The position numbers and the translations under genes were made by a program. DNA of 64,000 nucleotides from an uncultured Prevotella sp. (GTDB lineage: Bacteria > Bacteroidota > Bacteroidia > Bacteroidales > Bacteroidaceae), in the NCBI GenBank assembly GCA_946186115.1, contig CAMHLV010000006.1:13950-77949 (forward strand), in the 5' to 3' direction. Below the pieces are notes generated by a model that was not told where the DNA came from, did no database searches, and saw only the letters and a list, made by a program, of their open reading frames with translations. Of the stretch, positions 19,362 to 30,217 are shown piece after piece; within the stretch, counting starts at the first letter, position 1, and each line of letters starts with the position of its first letter.

Positions 19362-22300
19362 ATGAATCAAAAAATCAGAAAGACAGCGCTGTTGATGGGT
19401 GCATGCTCCATTTTAGGAATGTACTCACCAATGACGGCCAGTGCCAAGACTTCGGTTCAGGCTGTTCAACAGTCAACCAAGAAGGTTACGGGTACCGTAT
19501 CTGACTCCCAGGGGCCAGTGATTGGTGCCAGTGTCGTTGAAAAGGGAACCACTAATGGCGTGGTAACCGATTTCGACGGAAACTTCACTCTTAATGTGAA
19601 ACCAGGTGCTACTCTGGAAGTTAGCTACATTGGTTACACTACTCAGGAGATTGCCGTTGGCAATCAGTCGAATTTTGCTGTTACCCTACAGGAAGACAAC
19701 AATTCTTTGGATGAAGTTGTCGTTGTGGGTTATGGTACTATGAAGAAAAAGTTGGTGACAGGTGCTACTGTTCAGGTTAAGGGTGAGGATATTGCCAAGT
19801 TGAACACCACCAACGCACTTGAAGCCATGCAGAGTCAGACACCAGGTGTTCAGATCACACAGAGTTCTTCTCAGCCTGGTAAGGGCTATAAGGTCTATAT
19901 CCGTGGTATCGGTACTACTGGTGATGCCCAGCCTCTTTATGTTATTGATGGTGTAGCAGGTGGAAACCTGGACGGCATCAACCCCAATGACATCGAGAGC
20001 ATCGACGTGCTGAAGGATGCTGCATCGGCAGCCATCTATGGTGCACGTGCTGCTAACGGTGTTATTCTGGTTACTACCAAGCAGGGTAAGGCTGGTAAGA
20101 TTGAACTCAGCTACAATGGTGCAATGGGTTGGTCAAACGCTTACAAGCGTCCGCAACTGCTTAATGCTCAGCAGTATATGACTATTATTGATGAGTTCTA
20201 CTTTACCACTTCTGGTGCAAAACTGGATTGGCCTGGTTTCGTTCCTCAAAACATTCTCGACAAGGTTGCTAACGGTTGGGAAGGAACTGACTGGTGGGGC
20301 GCTTTTGAAAACAAGAATGCTTTACAGAATAATCATTCATTAACCTTGACCGGAGGTACTGACATGTCTAAGTTTGCAATGTCGTATACCTATACTGGCA
20401 ATGAAGGTATTATGGGTGCTGAGCAAGCTTCTTACTACAAGCGTCATACTATTCGCATCAATAGTGACCACGTGCTTTTGAAGGCTAAGGACTTTGATGC
20501 CATCACCATCGGCGAAAATATTTCTCTTGGCTATTCTAAGAGTCACGATTTGGCTGAGGACGGCATGTATTGGAGTTACATCCACGACCTGCTTCAGACT
20601 TCACCCCTCGTTCCACAGTATGCTGACAATGGTGACATTTATAATTATAATAAGTATGGCGAGGGCTGGAACGACCAGATTTTCAAGAATCCATGGGAGA
20701 GCTTAAGCAAAGGTGGTTTCAACTCTATGGCTGAGAGTCGCAATCTGAATGTTAACGCTACTGCTTTCCTCACTGTGCAGCCTATTAAAGGTTTAAGATG
20801 GCGCACCCAGTTCAACTATGCATGGAATGCCGGAACCTATCGTAGCTATGGTGAACCTCGTTCTCCAGCAAACGGTTCTGCTATTGTTGACTCTTATAGC
20901 GGCAGCCAGAGCGCATACATGAATACTAATTGGTCTGTAGAAAACACAATTACCTACGATCTTCCTATCTTCTCTGGTCACAAAATCAGTGTAATGGCTG
21001 GTCAGAGTTTCCAGAGTTCAGCATGGGGTGAAAACATCGGCGGTTCTAACAAGGCAAAATATGGTGAACAGCTTGCAACACTGAAGGGATGGGATTCTGC
21101 ATACCTGTCAAACTTCAAACTTACAAGTGCCACTGATGCCACTCTGACTGGTGCACCAACTGATGAAAGTTATCTTGCTTCATGGTTCGGACGTGCTACC
21201 TGGGACTACAACGAAAAATATATGGCTACCGTCACTGTACGCTATGATGGTTCAAGCGTATTCAACGATGGTCACCGTTGGGGTGCCTTCCCATCAATTT
21301 CTGCAGGTTGGGTAATCAGCAACGAGAAGTTCATGGAGAAGACCAGCAGCTGGCTCGACTTCTTAAAGATCCGTGCATCATGGGGTCAGAACGGTAACTG
21401 TGCTATTCCTGCTTACCAGTATCTTGCTACTATCGGCCAGTCTGGTCAATATAACGACAATGGCTATAAGTTTGCTTCTGACATGAACACCTCAGTTGCT
21501 GGTACTCCAAAGACTGGTGCATACGCAAACATTCTGCCGAACTATGACCTTACATGGGAGACCTCTGAGCAGCTCGACTTAGGTTTTGACGCTCGATTCC
21601 TTAACAACCGTTTGGGCGTAAACTTCGACTGGTATAAGAAGACAACTAAGGACTGGTTGATTACAGGTCCTCACGTTGCCATCTATGGTACAAACCCGGC
21701 ATACATCAATGGTGGTGACGTTGAGAATACAGGTATTGAACTTGCTCTCACTTGGAACGACAGAATCGGTAAGGACTTCAGCTATAACGTAGGCGTAAAC
21801 TTTGCTACCAACAAGAACGAGGTTACTCGTATTGCTAACGACAACCACTACATCAATGGTCCTGGCGGTGTTCTCTCACAGGGTACAGAATATGTATATC
21901 GTGCTGAGGAAGGCAAGCCTATTGGTTATTTCTATGGTATGTCTTATAGTGGAATCTGGCAGAGTCAGGATCAGATTGATGAAGCACGCGCTAAGATGGA
22001 AGCTGAAATCGCAGAAGGTAAGATTCCTACCATTGTAGTTCTCAAGAATGCTCAGCCTGGTGACTGTATCTGGGATGACTATAATCATGATGGTGAGATT
22101 AACTATTCTGAAGGCGACAAATGCGACCGCCACGAGATTGGTAATCCTAATCCAGATGTTACCCTTGGTATTAACCTCGGTTGCACTTGGAAAGGCTTCG
22201 ACTTCGCTGTAAATGGTGCTGGTGCATTTGGTCAGCAGATTATGCGTTCTTACCGTTCATTCGGTGACAACCCTGTCCAGAACTACGACACCACAATCTT

Positions 22301-22646
22301 AAATCGTTGGCATGGTGAAGGAACCTCTAACGACCAGCCACGTCTGTCGGCAACAGGTCATAATAACACTATCTGGGTATCAGAGCGTTATATGGAGGAT
22401 GCTGACTACTTCAAGATTAAGACCCTGACTCTTGGCTACGACTTCAAGCATATCTGGAAGGCTTGTCCGTTCCAGCAGCTCCGTTTCTATGTTCAGGCTC
22501 AGAATCTCCATACATTCACTGGCTACACTGGTCTCGATCCTGAGGTTGGTAACTCTGGTGGTGGTACAGGCTGGGCTTCTGGCATTGACCTGGGTCTTTA
22601 CCCAACCTCTCGTACTTATTTGGTTGGTGCAAGTATTAAATTCTAA
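19362..22646 (+). CDS. susC: SusC/RagA TonB-dependent transporter
   Basis: LDEVVVVGYG, VLKDAASAAIYGARAANGVILVTT, RYDGSSVF, ends ASIKF. Confidence 0.95.
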   Translation: MNQKIRKTALLMGACSILGMYSPMTASAKTSVQAVQQSTKKVTGTVSDSQGPVIGASVVEKGTTNGVVTDFDGNFTLNVKPGATLEVSYIGYTTQEIAVGNQSNFAVTLQEDNNSLDEVVVVGYGTMKKKLVTGATVQVKGEDIAKLNTTNALEAMQSQTPGVQITQSSSQPGKGYKVYIRGIGTTGDAQPLYVIDGVAGGNLDGINPNDIESIDVLKDAASAAIYGARAANGVILVTTKQGKAGKIELSYNGAMGWSNAYKRPQLLNAQQYMTIIDEFYFTTSGAKLDWPGFVPQNILDKVANGWEGTDWWGAFENKNALQNNHSLTLTGGTDMSKFAMSYTYTGNEGIMGAEQASYYKRHTIRINSDHVLLKAKDFDAITIGENISLGYSKSHDLAEDGMYWSYIHDLLQTSPLVPQYADNGDIYNYNKYGEGWNDQIFKNPWESLSKGGFNSMAESRNLNVNATAFLTVQPIKGLRWRTQFNYAWNAGTYRSYGEPRSPANGSAIVDSYSGSQSAYMNTNWSVENTITYDLPIFSGHKISVMAGQSFQSSAWGENIGGSNKAKYGEQLATLKGWDSAYLSNFKLTSATDATLTGAPTDESYLASWFGRATWDYNEKYMATVTVRYDGSSVFNDGHRWGAFPSISAGWVISNEKFMEKTSSWLDFLKIRASWGQNGNCAIPAYQYLATIGQSGQYNDNGYKFASDMNTSVAGTPKTGAYANILPNYDLTWETSEQLDLGFDARFLNNRLGVNFDWYKKTTKDWLITGPHVAIYGTNPAYINGGDVENTGIELALTWNDRIGKDFSYNVGVNFATNKNEVTRIANDNHYINGPGGVLSQGTEYVYRAEEGKPIGYFYGMSYSGIWQSQDQIDEARAKMEAEIAEGKIPTIVVLKNAQPGDCIWDDYNHDGEINYSEGDKCDRHEIGNPNPDVTLGINLGCTWKGFDFAVNGAGAFGQQIMRSYRSFGDNPVQNYDTTILNRWHGEGTSNDQPRLSATGHNNTIWVSERYMEDADYFKIKTLTLGYDFKHIWKACPFQQLRFYVQAQNLHTFTGYTGLDPEVGNSGGGTGWASGIDLGLYPTSRTYLVGASIKF

Positions 22647-22660
22647 TTCGATAATAAGTT

Positions 22661-24583
22661 ATGAAGAAATATATTTTATCATTGTTGACTGTTTTGTCAG
22701 CAACAACATTGTTGACATCTTGTAACGACATGCTGGACACTGAGCCACGTAAGACCGAGATGAATAAGGAGACGTTCCCTGGCAAATCAGGTGACGTTGA
22801 GTCTCAGCTTGCTGCTATATACAGCATTATGAATGTGCTTGGTGGAGGCGACTCTGACACTACATTCCCCTTGTACTGGTGGGAGATTATGTCAGACGAC
22901 TGCTACGGAAGTGGTGGTTTGCAAGACAACAAAGTGAAGTCTATGCACTATCTTGTACAGATGAGTGCTAATCAGTATGAGTTCCCGTTTGTTTCTCTTT
23001 ATGGTGGTGTAAAGCGCTGCAATGACTTGATTGAGAACATCGACAAAGTGCCCTGGCAAGAGGGTGATGAGGCATTGCGTGCCCAGCAACTCGGTGAGGG
23101 TTTCTTTATGCGCGGACTTTATACCCTGTGGCTCACCCAGCTATACGGCGACGTTCCCCTCATCACTGCATCTGAAGTACCTGCTGAGATGGAGGAACAG
23201 GTAAGTGCCGACGAGGTAATCTATCCTCAGATTATTGCTGACTTCGTATCAGGTATGACTCTTATGGGCTCTGATCGTGGTTATGGCGACGGTCATGCCA
23301 ACAAGTATGTTGCTGAGGCTTTCCTTGCTCGTGCTTATATGTTCTGGGCAGGCTTCTATCAGAATGCAGGCGAGCTCGCAACAGGCAATGTTCCTGCCAT
23401 CAATCTTCTCGATCGCAACAAGGAGCCTATCAAGCAGGAAGGTTGTAGCGTTGCCTCTATATCAAAGCAGGACGTAATAAATGCTTTGAAGGATATCGTC
23501 AGCAATGGTGGTTACAAGCTCTGTGAGGACTACCGCTCACTGTGGCAGTACTCTAACAGTCTCCTCTGGGACGAGGCCCACGACGGCGAAGGTCATGCAT
23601 ACAAATTCATCGAGGACATGAAGCGTGAAAACTGCTTCGACCAGCCTGGCATGGGTAACGGCAATACAGAGGAACTCTTCCAGATTCAGTTCATGAATGC
23701 TTCTGCTTGGGGTATTCCCGGTGGATATTATAGCACAGCTCGTCAGTATTCATGCTACGTTTCTTGCTTCTGGGGACTTCGTTGTAACGGCAATAATGGT
23801 AAGCGTGACTTCACCTATCCCTTCAACGAGGGTTGGGGACAGGGCACTCCCTCTTGCAACATCTGGGACGACTGGACACACGCTGAGGAAGTCGGTAATT
23901 ATTCTGACATCCGAAAGCTCGGTTCTTTGATCGACCTTGATCACGAGTTTGAAGGTTTAGGTGGATATACCTACGTGAAAGACGACTGCGAGGAATCAGG
24001 CTATGCTGTCAAGAAATTCAACTCTGTAGAACTTGATGCTTGTGGTGCCGACAAAGATACATGGTGGTCGAAGGCTCCTGGTTACACCAGTAGCTCACTC
24101 GACAATAAGATGCAGGGTGACCACTTCGAAGACTTCTATCTGATGCGCTATCCTGATGTGCTGCTTATGCTTACCGAGCTTACTGGTGAACCTCAGTACA
24201 TGAACCAGGTGCAGAAGCGTGCCGGTGTTCCTGAGACTCCTTACTCTCTGGAGGCTGTTCAGAACGAACGTCGCTGGGAGTTTGCCTTCGAGGGTATTCG
24301 TTTCAACGATATGCGTCGTTGGACAGGTAACAAGCCAACCACAACATCTTACGCTCCCAAGGCTCTTCAGGCACAGGCTGGTAAGACTACTACCCACCAT
24401 GGTAATAAGAAGTATACTATGAAGCACATGACCTGCTCTTGGACTAAGCGTTACATCGACACCAATGGTTTCCTGGCTAAGCCCCAGAGTCAGATTAATC
24501 TGATGAATGGCAAGCTGAAGCAGAACCCAGGTTGGGATTCTGATACTCCTGAAGATGAAAAGACTTACGTGACACTTTATTAA
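22661..24583 (+). CDS. susD: SusD/RagB family lipoprotein
   Basis: LTSCNDMLD, LYGDVPLI, MRYPDVLLM, ERRWEFAFEGIRFNDMRRW, QNPGW. Confidence 0.92.
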   Translation: MKKYILSLLTVLSATTLLTSCNDMLDTEPRKTEMNKETFPGKSGDVESQLAAIYSIMNVLGGGDSDTTFPLYWWEIMSDDCYGSGGLQDNKVKSMHYLVQMSANQYEFPFVSLYGGVKRCNDLIENIDKVPWQEGDEALRAQQLGEGFFMRGLYTLWLTQLYGDVPLITASEVPAEMEEQVSADEVIYPQIIADFVSGMTLMGSDRGYGDGHANKYVAEAFLARAYMFWAGFYQNAGELATGNVPAINLLDRNKEPIKQEGCSVASISKQDVINALKDIVSNGGYKLCEDYRSLWQYSNSLLWDEAHDGEGHAYKFIEDMKRENCFDQPGMGNGNTEELFQIQFMNASAWGIPGGYYSTARQYSCYVSCFWGLRCNGNNGKRDFTYPFNEGWGQGTPSCNIWDDWTHAEEVGNYSDIRKLGSLIDLDHEFEGLGGYTYVKDDCEESGYAVKKFNSVELDACGADKDTWWSKAPGYTSSSLDNKMQGDHFEDFYLMRYPDVLLMLTELTGEPQYMNQVQKRAGVPETPYSLEAVQNERRWEFAFEGIRFNDMRRWTGNKPTTTSYAPKALQAQAGKTTTHHGNKKYTMKHMTCSWTKRYIDTNGFLAKPQSQINLMNGKLKQNPGWDSDTPEDEKTYVTLY

Positions 24584-24602
24584 TTAAAAATAGACAATCA
24601 AT

Positions 24603-25382
24603 ATGAAAAAGATATTTTTGTTTTTTGCCGCAGTTTGTGCGCTTGTCGCCTGCGATCCCACTTCCGAGGATATCAGCAATGCCGGTAGCATCACTCTTGA
24701 CGAGCTGAAGGCAATGACCAGCGTCACTGTCAACAAGGCAGAAAATGGCCAAAATGGTAATGTCATTACCTGCAAGACCACAGCTCCTGTTAATGCCAAG
24801 TGGACTTTCAAACCTTCGGTTGGCCCAGGAAAGGATATTGTGAACTACGGTGTAGTTAAGAAGATGGCTATTGACGACTATATCGTCACTCTGACAGCCC
24901 TTTGTGCTGATGGCACAGAACTTAAGGCAGATTATCCTATTAGTTGTCAAGTTATTACAGACCCTCTCGTTAAGGTTTATATTTATGGTGAGGATCCTAC
25001 CACTGAGCCTCCATTCACTCCCAATGCTTGGGATATGGGTCAGATGCGTTTCAGCGACTTCGAGGGTGCCTACCTGCCATACCTCTCTGATGAGGTCTAC
25101 GAGAATCTGACCACCATCATCTTCGACGTGGCCGAGGCCACCGACGACTGCAAGGTAGCCATCTCCAACGGCTGGTGGGGCAACTGGTACTACGACACCA
25201 ACCCGTGGTCTGGCACGCCGAAGTCGGTTAAGCCTGGTCTGTTCGAGGTAACCATCAACGACGTCATCAACCGTGAGTGCTCCAGAAAGTACAAAGATGA
25301 AGAACCTGCAGGTGGCAAGGATCTGGCTCTCATGGTGGTGGGCGGCAGTTGTACTATCAAATCCGTTTACTATGAGGAATAA
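24603..25382 (+). CDS. SusCD-associated surface lipoprotein of unknown function
   Basis: Lipobox LVAC+DPTSED; Trp-rich C-terminal domain (NGWWGNWYY). Confidence 0.75.
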   Translation: MKKIFLFFAAVCALVACDPTSEDISNAGSITLDELKAMTSVTVNKAENGQNGNVITCKTTAPVNAKWTFKPSVGPGKDIVNYGVVKKMAIDDYIVTLTALCADGTELKADYPISCQVITDPLVKVYIYGEDPTTEPPFTPNAWDMGQMRFSDFEGAYLPYLSDEVYENLTTIIFDVAEATDDCKVAISNGWWGNWYYDTNPWSGTPKSVKPGLFEVTINDVINRECSRKYKDEEPAGGKDLALMVVGGSCTIKSVYYEE

Positions 25383-25408
25383 TCATTCCTTGTCGGTATA
25401 ATTCATTT

Positions 25409-25442
25409 AGGGCTGGCTCAATTAATGGGTCAGCCCTTTATT
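25409..25442 (+). terminator. Hairpin or weak terminator after the SusCD-lipoprotein unit
   Basis: AGGGCTGGCTCA/TGGGTCAGCCCT followed by TTATT. Confidence 0.6.
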
Positions 25443-25453
25443 GCAGAAAAATA

Positions 25454-27259
25454 ATGAAAAAATGTAAAGTTTCTGAAACAATTCTCTATGTAAGTCTTTT
25501 GGCTTTCATATCGTTCGTTATATATTTATTATACACCTATCAAGAGGTGTTCTATACGGCACACGACCGTTCTGAGTTCATATTCGGGGCACCTTTCTTT
25601 CATACCCTTCTTTCAAAACCCTTCGGAGTGATGCAGTATGTGGGGGCCTGGTTTACACTGCTTTTCCGTCATCCTTGTGTAGGAACAGGTGTGATGATAG
25701 CTATATGGACCCTCATATTCTATGTGGGTACAAAAGCTTTTCGGTTACAGGGAAGTGCCTCGGCTCTGATGCTCTTGCCTGTAGCCTGTCTGCTAACGTC
25801 GGTTGTAGATCTGGGATATTGGGTATATATCTCTACTATCAGGGGCTATTGGTTCTCACAGTCTATTGGCTATCTAGTCATGCTATTGCTCTTATGGGCA
25901 GCGCGCAGTACCCCACGCAAATGGCATCTTGTTTGGTATTTATTCGCCTTTTGCGTCTATCCGGTGCTTGGGTGGTTTGCATTACTATTTGTATTATGTC
26001 TGGCTCTTTGTGACAAACTCACCTGGCGTGAGCTTGTGGGTATTATCCTGCTCATCTTTACCGCCAGCATATGGCATACCCTGTACTATTCTAACATAAG
26101 ATTTGACGATGTCGTACTGGCAGGCTTCCCTCGTTTTGAGACTACTATGGATGCAAGCCCGCATCTGTCCATACCGTTCTGGGTACTTGGTGCCGTCTCT
26201 TTGTGTATTTCGCTATGTGGCTGGTTTCACAAGGGGAAATGCATTTTTCAATTTACCATTTTCCATTTTCCATTTATTCCCGTGCTATGCGCCGCTGCAG
26301 GCGTTGTCTTTACCTCGTCGCTGATGTATTACGACCAGAACTATATCAAGGAGATGCGCATGGTGCACTACGCTTCAGATGACAACTGGAAGGAGGTTCT
26401 GCGAATCGCCGAGGACAATAAGAAGCCAACAAGCACGATGATATTTCTTAAGAATTTGGCTCTTATGCACGAGGGGGGACTGCTCGACCGTTCATTCAAA
26501 TTGGGCAACGATGCCGTCGATATCACCAACCCCGATTCGCTACATGTCAGTTTCCTGAACATTGCATCACCGCTGGTCTATTACAACTACGGCATGATGA
26601 ATGAAGCCATCCGCCTGAATTTTGAACTTGCCATTCAATACGGTTTCTCGCCTTTCTATTTGAAAACACTTTCTCGTTGTGCCCATGCAAAAGGCGAAAA
26701 TAAGATAGTACAACGCTATACCACCTTTTTGCATCACTGTCCTTTTTACGGCAGTTGGCAACCTGCTCCAGTCAAAGAAATTACCAATGAGCTGCAAACA
26801 TGCTATCCCGATGAGCTCACTGGTGTAGAGAATAGTGAGAGCTATCTTGTCAACAGCATCAGTCTCTGGTACGAATCCGAAAGTAAAGTGGCTTCCGAAC
26901 AGGCATTGTTTTATGCCATGCTGCGTTGTGACTCGCGTCGCTTCTGGCCATCACTGCGCAATTATGTGAAGTTGCATCTCGACGAGCAATTTCCTCTTCA
27001 TGCGATGGAGGCTTATATCCTGTATATGGACAAGGCTCCGGAAAAAAAGCGAATAATGCTTCCTGTTGAGCAATCCGTTTATGAGCGATACAAACGGTTT
27101 TGGGATACATTGGGCAGAAAGATTAAGAGTGGTATTCAACTAGAAACAATTGGAGAAGAAATGTATAAAGAATGGGGAGATACCTATTGGTGGTATAATA
27201 TTTTTGGAAGAAAGCCCATTCAATCACAAGGTAATATTGCAAACAAACAACCTGCGTAA
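25454..27259 (+). CDS. DUF6057-like multi-pass membrane protein with TPR-like C-terminus (copy 1, divergent)
   Basis: About 9 hydrophobic segments, then NLAL..G.L.DR.F and a C-terminal TYWWY; paralogous to four other ORFs in the window. Confidence 0.7.
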   Translation: MKKCKVSETILYVSLLAFISFVIYLLYTYQEVFYTAHDRSEFIFGAPFFHTLLSKPFGVMQYVGAWFTLLFRHPCVGTGVMIAIWTLIFYVGTKAFRLQGSASALMLLPVACLLTSVVDLGYWVYISTIRGYWFSQSIGYLVMLLLLWAARSTPRKWHLVWYLFAFCVYPVLGWFALLFVLCLALCDKLTWRELVGIILLIFTASIWHTLYYSNIRFDDVVLAGFPRFETTMDASPHLSIPFWVLGAVSLCISLCGWFHKGKCIFQFTIFHFPFIPVLCAAAGVVFTSSLMYYDQNYIKEMRMVHYASDDNWKEVLRIAEDNKKPTSTMIFLKNLALMHEGGLLDRSFKLGNDAVDITNPDSLHVSFLNIASPLVYYNYGMMNEAIRLNFELAIQYGFSPFYLKTLSRCAHAKGENKIVQRYTTFLHHCPFYGSWQPAPVKEITNELQTCYPDELTGVENSESYLVNSISLWYESESKVASEQALFYAMLRCDSRRFWPSLRNYVKLHLDEQFPLHAMEAYILYMDKAPEKKRIMLPVEQSVYERYKRFWDTLGRKIKSGIQLETIGEEMYKEWGDTYWWYNIFGRKPIQSQGNIANKQPA

Positions 27260-27260
27260 C

Positions 27261-28775
27261 ATGGCTATGAAAAATAAATATGCATTAAGCATAATATATT
27301 ATGCATTTATCCTGCTGTTCGCATCGTGTGTGAATCACCCCGACGTGCCCTCTTCATCAAAAGAGACCAAGTGTCTGCCTGCCATATTTCCCGATTATTG
27401 CAATGTCACCGTGCCTTACAATATAGCGCCACTCAACTTTATGCTTCCCTCTGACCAGTACGAAGCTTGCGTTGCACGTTTCACTACGTCCGATGGCCAG
27501 CAACAGACCTACGGCAATGGCGTAAAGGTGCAGATACCTGTGGAAGAATGGCACACCATGCTTGATATTTCCAAGGGCAAAAGCATCCAAGTAGAGGTGT
27601 GGGGAAAGAAAGGGGATGAATGGATGTCGTTCAACCCGTTTGAGATCCATATCGCTAAAGAGCCAATCGACGGATATGTGTCGTATCGTATTATCGAGCC
27701 ATCATATATAGTATATGACTATATGGAGATTTCCCAGCGTGACCTTACATTATTTGGTGAGACACAAATTTTCAACAACAAGGTTACCTGCGATAATCCC
27801 AAAGGCCAGTGCATCAACTGTCATAGCTATCAAAACTACAAAACCGATAACATGCTATTTCATGTGCGTGTAACCCGTGGCGGTACTGTCATCGTAAACG
27901 ATGGTAAAGCCTCAAAAGTAGATTTGAAACGCGACTATACGATCTCTGTAGGCGTCTATCCGTCATGGCATCCTACAGCCAAGCTAATAGCTTTCTCTAC
28001 CAACCAGACGCGACAGACCTTCCATACGTTAAACCCCAACAAAATTGAGGTTTATGATGAATCTAGCGACCTGATTCTCTACGATGTAGAGACCGATTCG
28101 GTGAGTGTCGTCAGCAACGATTCCACTTTGTTGGAGGTGTTTCCTACCTGGTCGCCTGATGGCAAATACCTGTATTACTGCAAGTCTGTTCTGCTTCCTG
28201 AAGAGATGCGCGACAAGGATATCCGCACCACATTCGAGAAAATACAGTATAATCTCTATCGCCGTTCGTTCGATCTGGCAACGCATGTCTTTGGTGAAGA
28301 GGAACTGGTGTATGATGCTGCCTCTGCCGACAAGAGCGTCACCCTGCCACGCATCAGCCCCGACGGACACTATTTGTTGTTTGCCCAGGGACAATATGGC
28401 TGCTTCCATATATGGCACCATGATGCCGACATAGTTTGTATCCCAATAGACCAATATACAGGTACCCCCCTCACGGCAGAAAGCGCCTCGCAAGTCGATC
28501 TAACTCCTCTCAACAGCGATGGACATTCTGACAGTTACCCTTCATGGTCGAGCAACGGCCATTGGATAATGTGTGCCAGCCGTCGTCTCGACGACAACTA
28601 TAGCCGCATCTTTATTTCCTATTTCAACCATGGAAAGGTTGAAAAGTCTTTCTTGTTGCCACAGGAAGACCCTGAATTGCATATCAGTCTCATAAAGAGT
28701 TATAACCGTCCTGAGTTCATGGTCGAACCAGTCAAAATCAGTATTGGAGAGTTCAGCAAAGCGGTTAATAAATAA
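27261..28775 (+). CDS. TolB-like/PD40 beta-propeller lipoprotein with CINCH motif (copy 1)
   Basis: Start moved to ATG 27261 (or 27267); lipobox FASC; IFPDY..VTVP.NIAPLNF, YPSWHP, PTWSPDG, PRISPDG, SWSSNG. Confidence 0.8.
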   Translation: MAMKNKYALSIIYYAFILLFASCVNHPDVPSSSKETKCLPAIFPDYCNVTVPYNIAPLNFMLPSDQYEACVARFTTSDGQQQTYGNGVKVQIPVEEWHTMLDISKGKSIQVEVWGKKGDEWMSFNPFEIHIAKEPIDGYVSYRIIEPSYIVYDYMEISQRDLTLFGETQIFNNKVTCDNPKGQCINCHSYQNYKTDNMLFHVRVTRGGTVIVNDGKASKVDLKRDYTISVGVYPSWHPTAKLIAFSTNQTRQTFHTLNPNKIEVYDESSDLILYDVETDSVSVVSNDSTLLEVFPTWSPDGKYLYYCKSVLLPEEMRDKDIRTTFEKIQYNLYRRSFDLATHVFGEEELVYDAASADKSVTLPRISPDGHYLLFAQGQYGCFHIWHHDADIVCIPIDQYTGTPLTAESASQVDLTPLNSDGHSDSYPSWSSNGHWIMCASRRLDDNYSRIFISYFNHGKVEKSFLLPQEDPELHISLIKSYNRPEFMVEPVKISIGEFSKAVNK

Positions 28776-28783
28776 TATATCAC

Positions 28784-30172
28784 ATGAAGCATTTACATTA
28801 TTTGTTCACCATCCTCTTCGGTGTAGCGGTATTCCTCTTCTTTGGACTGGCATATCCGCATCATCTGCATTATCAGGAGCAGTATCAGCTTTTTCTCTTC
28901 GACAGCACCTATGTATTTGACATTGTTAAACATCCTGGTGGCGTTGCCGACCTGCTCGGACGCTTCTGTACACAGTTTTTCCTTTATGCCTGGGTGGGAG
29001 CTGCAATCATTGCTGTGCTGCTCTCGCTGGTGCAGCTGCTGATGACTCGTTTGGTTGATTGGGGATGGCTAAATGGTTTGTGCTTTATACCCTCTTTTCT
29101 TCTCTGGATTTTCCAGCTCGATGAGAATGCGTTGATGGGTGGTGTCTGGGCCGTATTGCTCACACTCCTAGCTATTTGGATCGTTTCTGTTCTACCAAAA
29201 AATCGGATGCGCATCATAGCTATAATTACTATTATTCCTGTCCTCTATTGGATGGTTGGACCAGCTTGGAACGGGAGTCATTATTATCGCTATCCTGCTG
29301 TCACTCCTTATCTGTTGTATGCGGCATGGCTGTCTGCCGTATTTCTTCCGCTCCTCATTCGCATCATTGCCAATCGTGTTTTTGCTCCTGTAGGGCGGTG
29401 GCAGAAAATCTTCTATTTTTCACTCCTCGTTATAACCTTCATTGTCATGGGTACATTTGTCAGGAATAACAGCAATTTCAAGGCAGAGAAGGTGATGCAA
29501 TACGACTTCATGGCCCGCTTCCAGCAATGGAACAGGATTCTTGATACTGTTGATTCTGAAAAACCGAACAACCAAATTGGAGTTACTGTGCAGAATCTTG
29601 CCTTGGCCATGCGCGGCATGCTCGTAAATCATATGTTTGACTATAATCAGAATGGTGTTGCCGGGCTTTTACCTGATGTCACGCGTGATGCAACCAGTCC
29701 TTTGCCAACAGCAGAGGCATTCTATCAGTTGGGTATGATCTATGCTGCTCAACGTACTGTGTTTGAAGCTCAGGAAGCTATACTCGACTTCCAGAAAAGT
29801 GCCCGATGCTATAAGCGACTGGCACAGACCAATCTTATCAACGGCAGCTACGAAGTATCTCGTAAATATCTTATGGCCCTGCAGAAGACCCTCTTCTACC
29901 GGCAATGGGCCAACGAAACGCTCACTCTGTTGGGTGATGAAGAGGCCATTGCCAAGCATCCTGAATATGGTCGTCTGCGCCGGATGGCCTACAAGAATGA
30001 TTCCTTTTTCGGTGACAAGGTGACCCCTCAGATGCTTGAAGATCTTTATTTCAGCAACACTGATAATCAACTTGCCCTTGAATATCTGAGTGCATTCTAT
30101 TTCCTGACTGGCGACCGCGAAGGATACGCCAAATTACTACTTAATATAAAAGGAAAAGTGAATAGTGAATAA
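28784..30172 (+). CDS. DUF6057-like membrane/TPR protein (copy 2)
   Basis: YQEQYQLFLF, HPGGVADLLGRFCTQFF, NLALAMRG, AEAFYQLG. Confidence 0.75.
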   Translation: MKHLHYLFTILFGVAVFLFFGLAYPHHLHYQEQYQLFLFDSTYVFDIVKHPGGVADLLGRFCTQFFLYAWVGAAIIAVLLSLVQLLMTRLVDWGWLNGLCFIPSFLLWIFQLDENALMGGVWAVLLTLLAIWIVSVLPKNRMRIIAIITIIPVLYWMVGPAWNGSHYYRYPAVTPYLLYAAWLSAVFLPLLIRIIANRVFAPVGRWQKIFYFSLLVITFIVMGTFVRNNSNFKAEKVMQYDFMARFQQWNRILDTVDSEKPNNQIGVTVQNLALAMRGMLVNHMFDYNQNGVAGLLPDVTRDATSPLPTAEAFYQLGMIYAAQRTVFEAQEAILDFQKSARCYKRLAQTNLINGSYEVSRKYLMALQKTLFYRQWANETLTLLGDEEAIAKHPEYGRLRRMAYKNDSFFGDKVTPQMLEDLYFSNTDNQLALEYLSAFYFLTGDREGYAKLLLNIKGKVNSE

Positions 30173-30217
30173 TCTTACCGCTCAGCGAAAATCATTAAGT
30201 TCTAAGCTCAAAGTAAA

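Noticed and set aside
27150-27260. N-terminal extensions in the ORF track (also at 39542, 42431, 43194, 49323, 52861)
   Set aside because: They overlap neighbouring genes or promoters; downstream ATGs give proper signal peptides or conserved starts.
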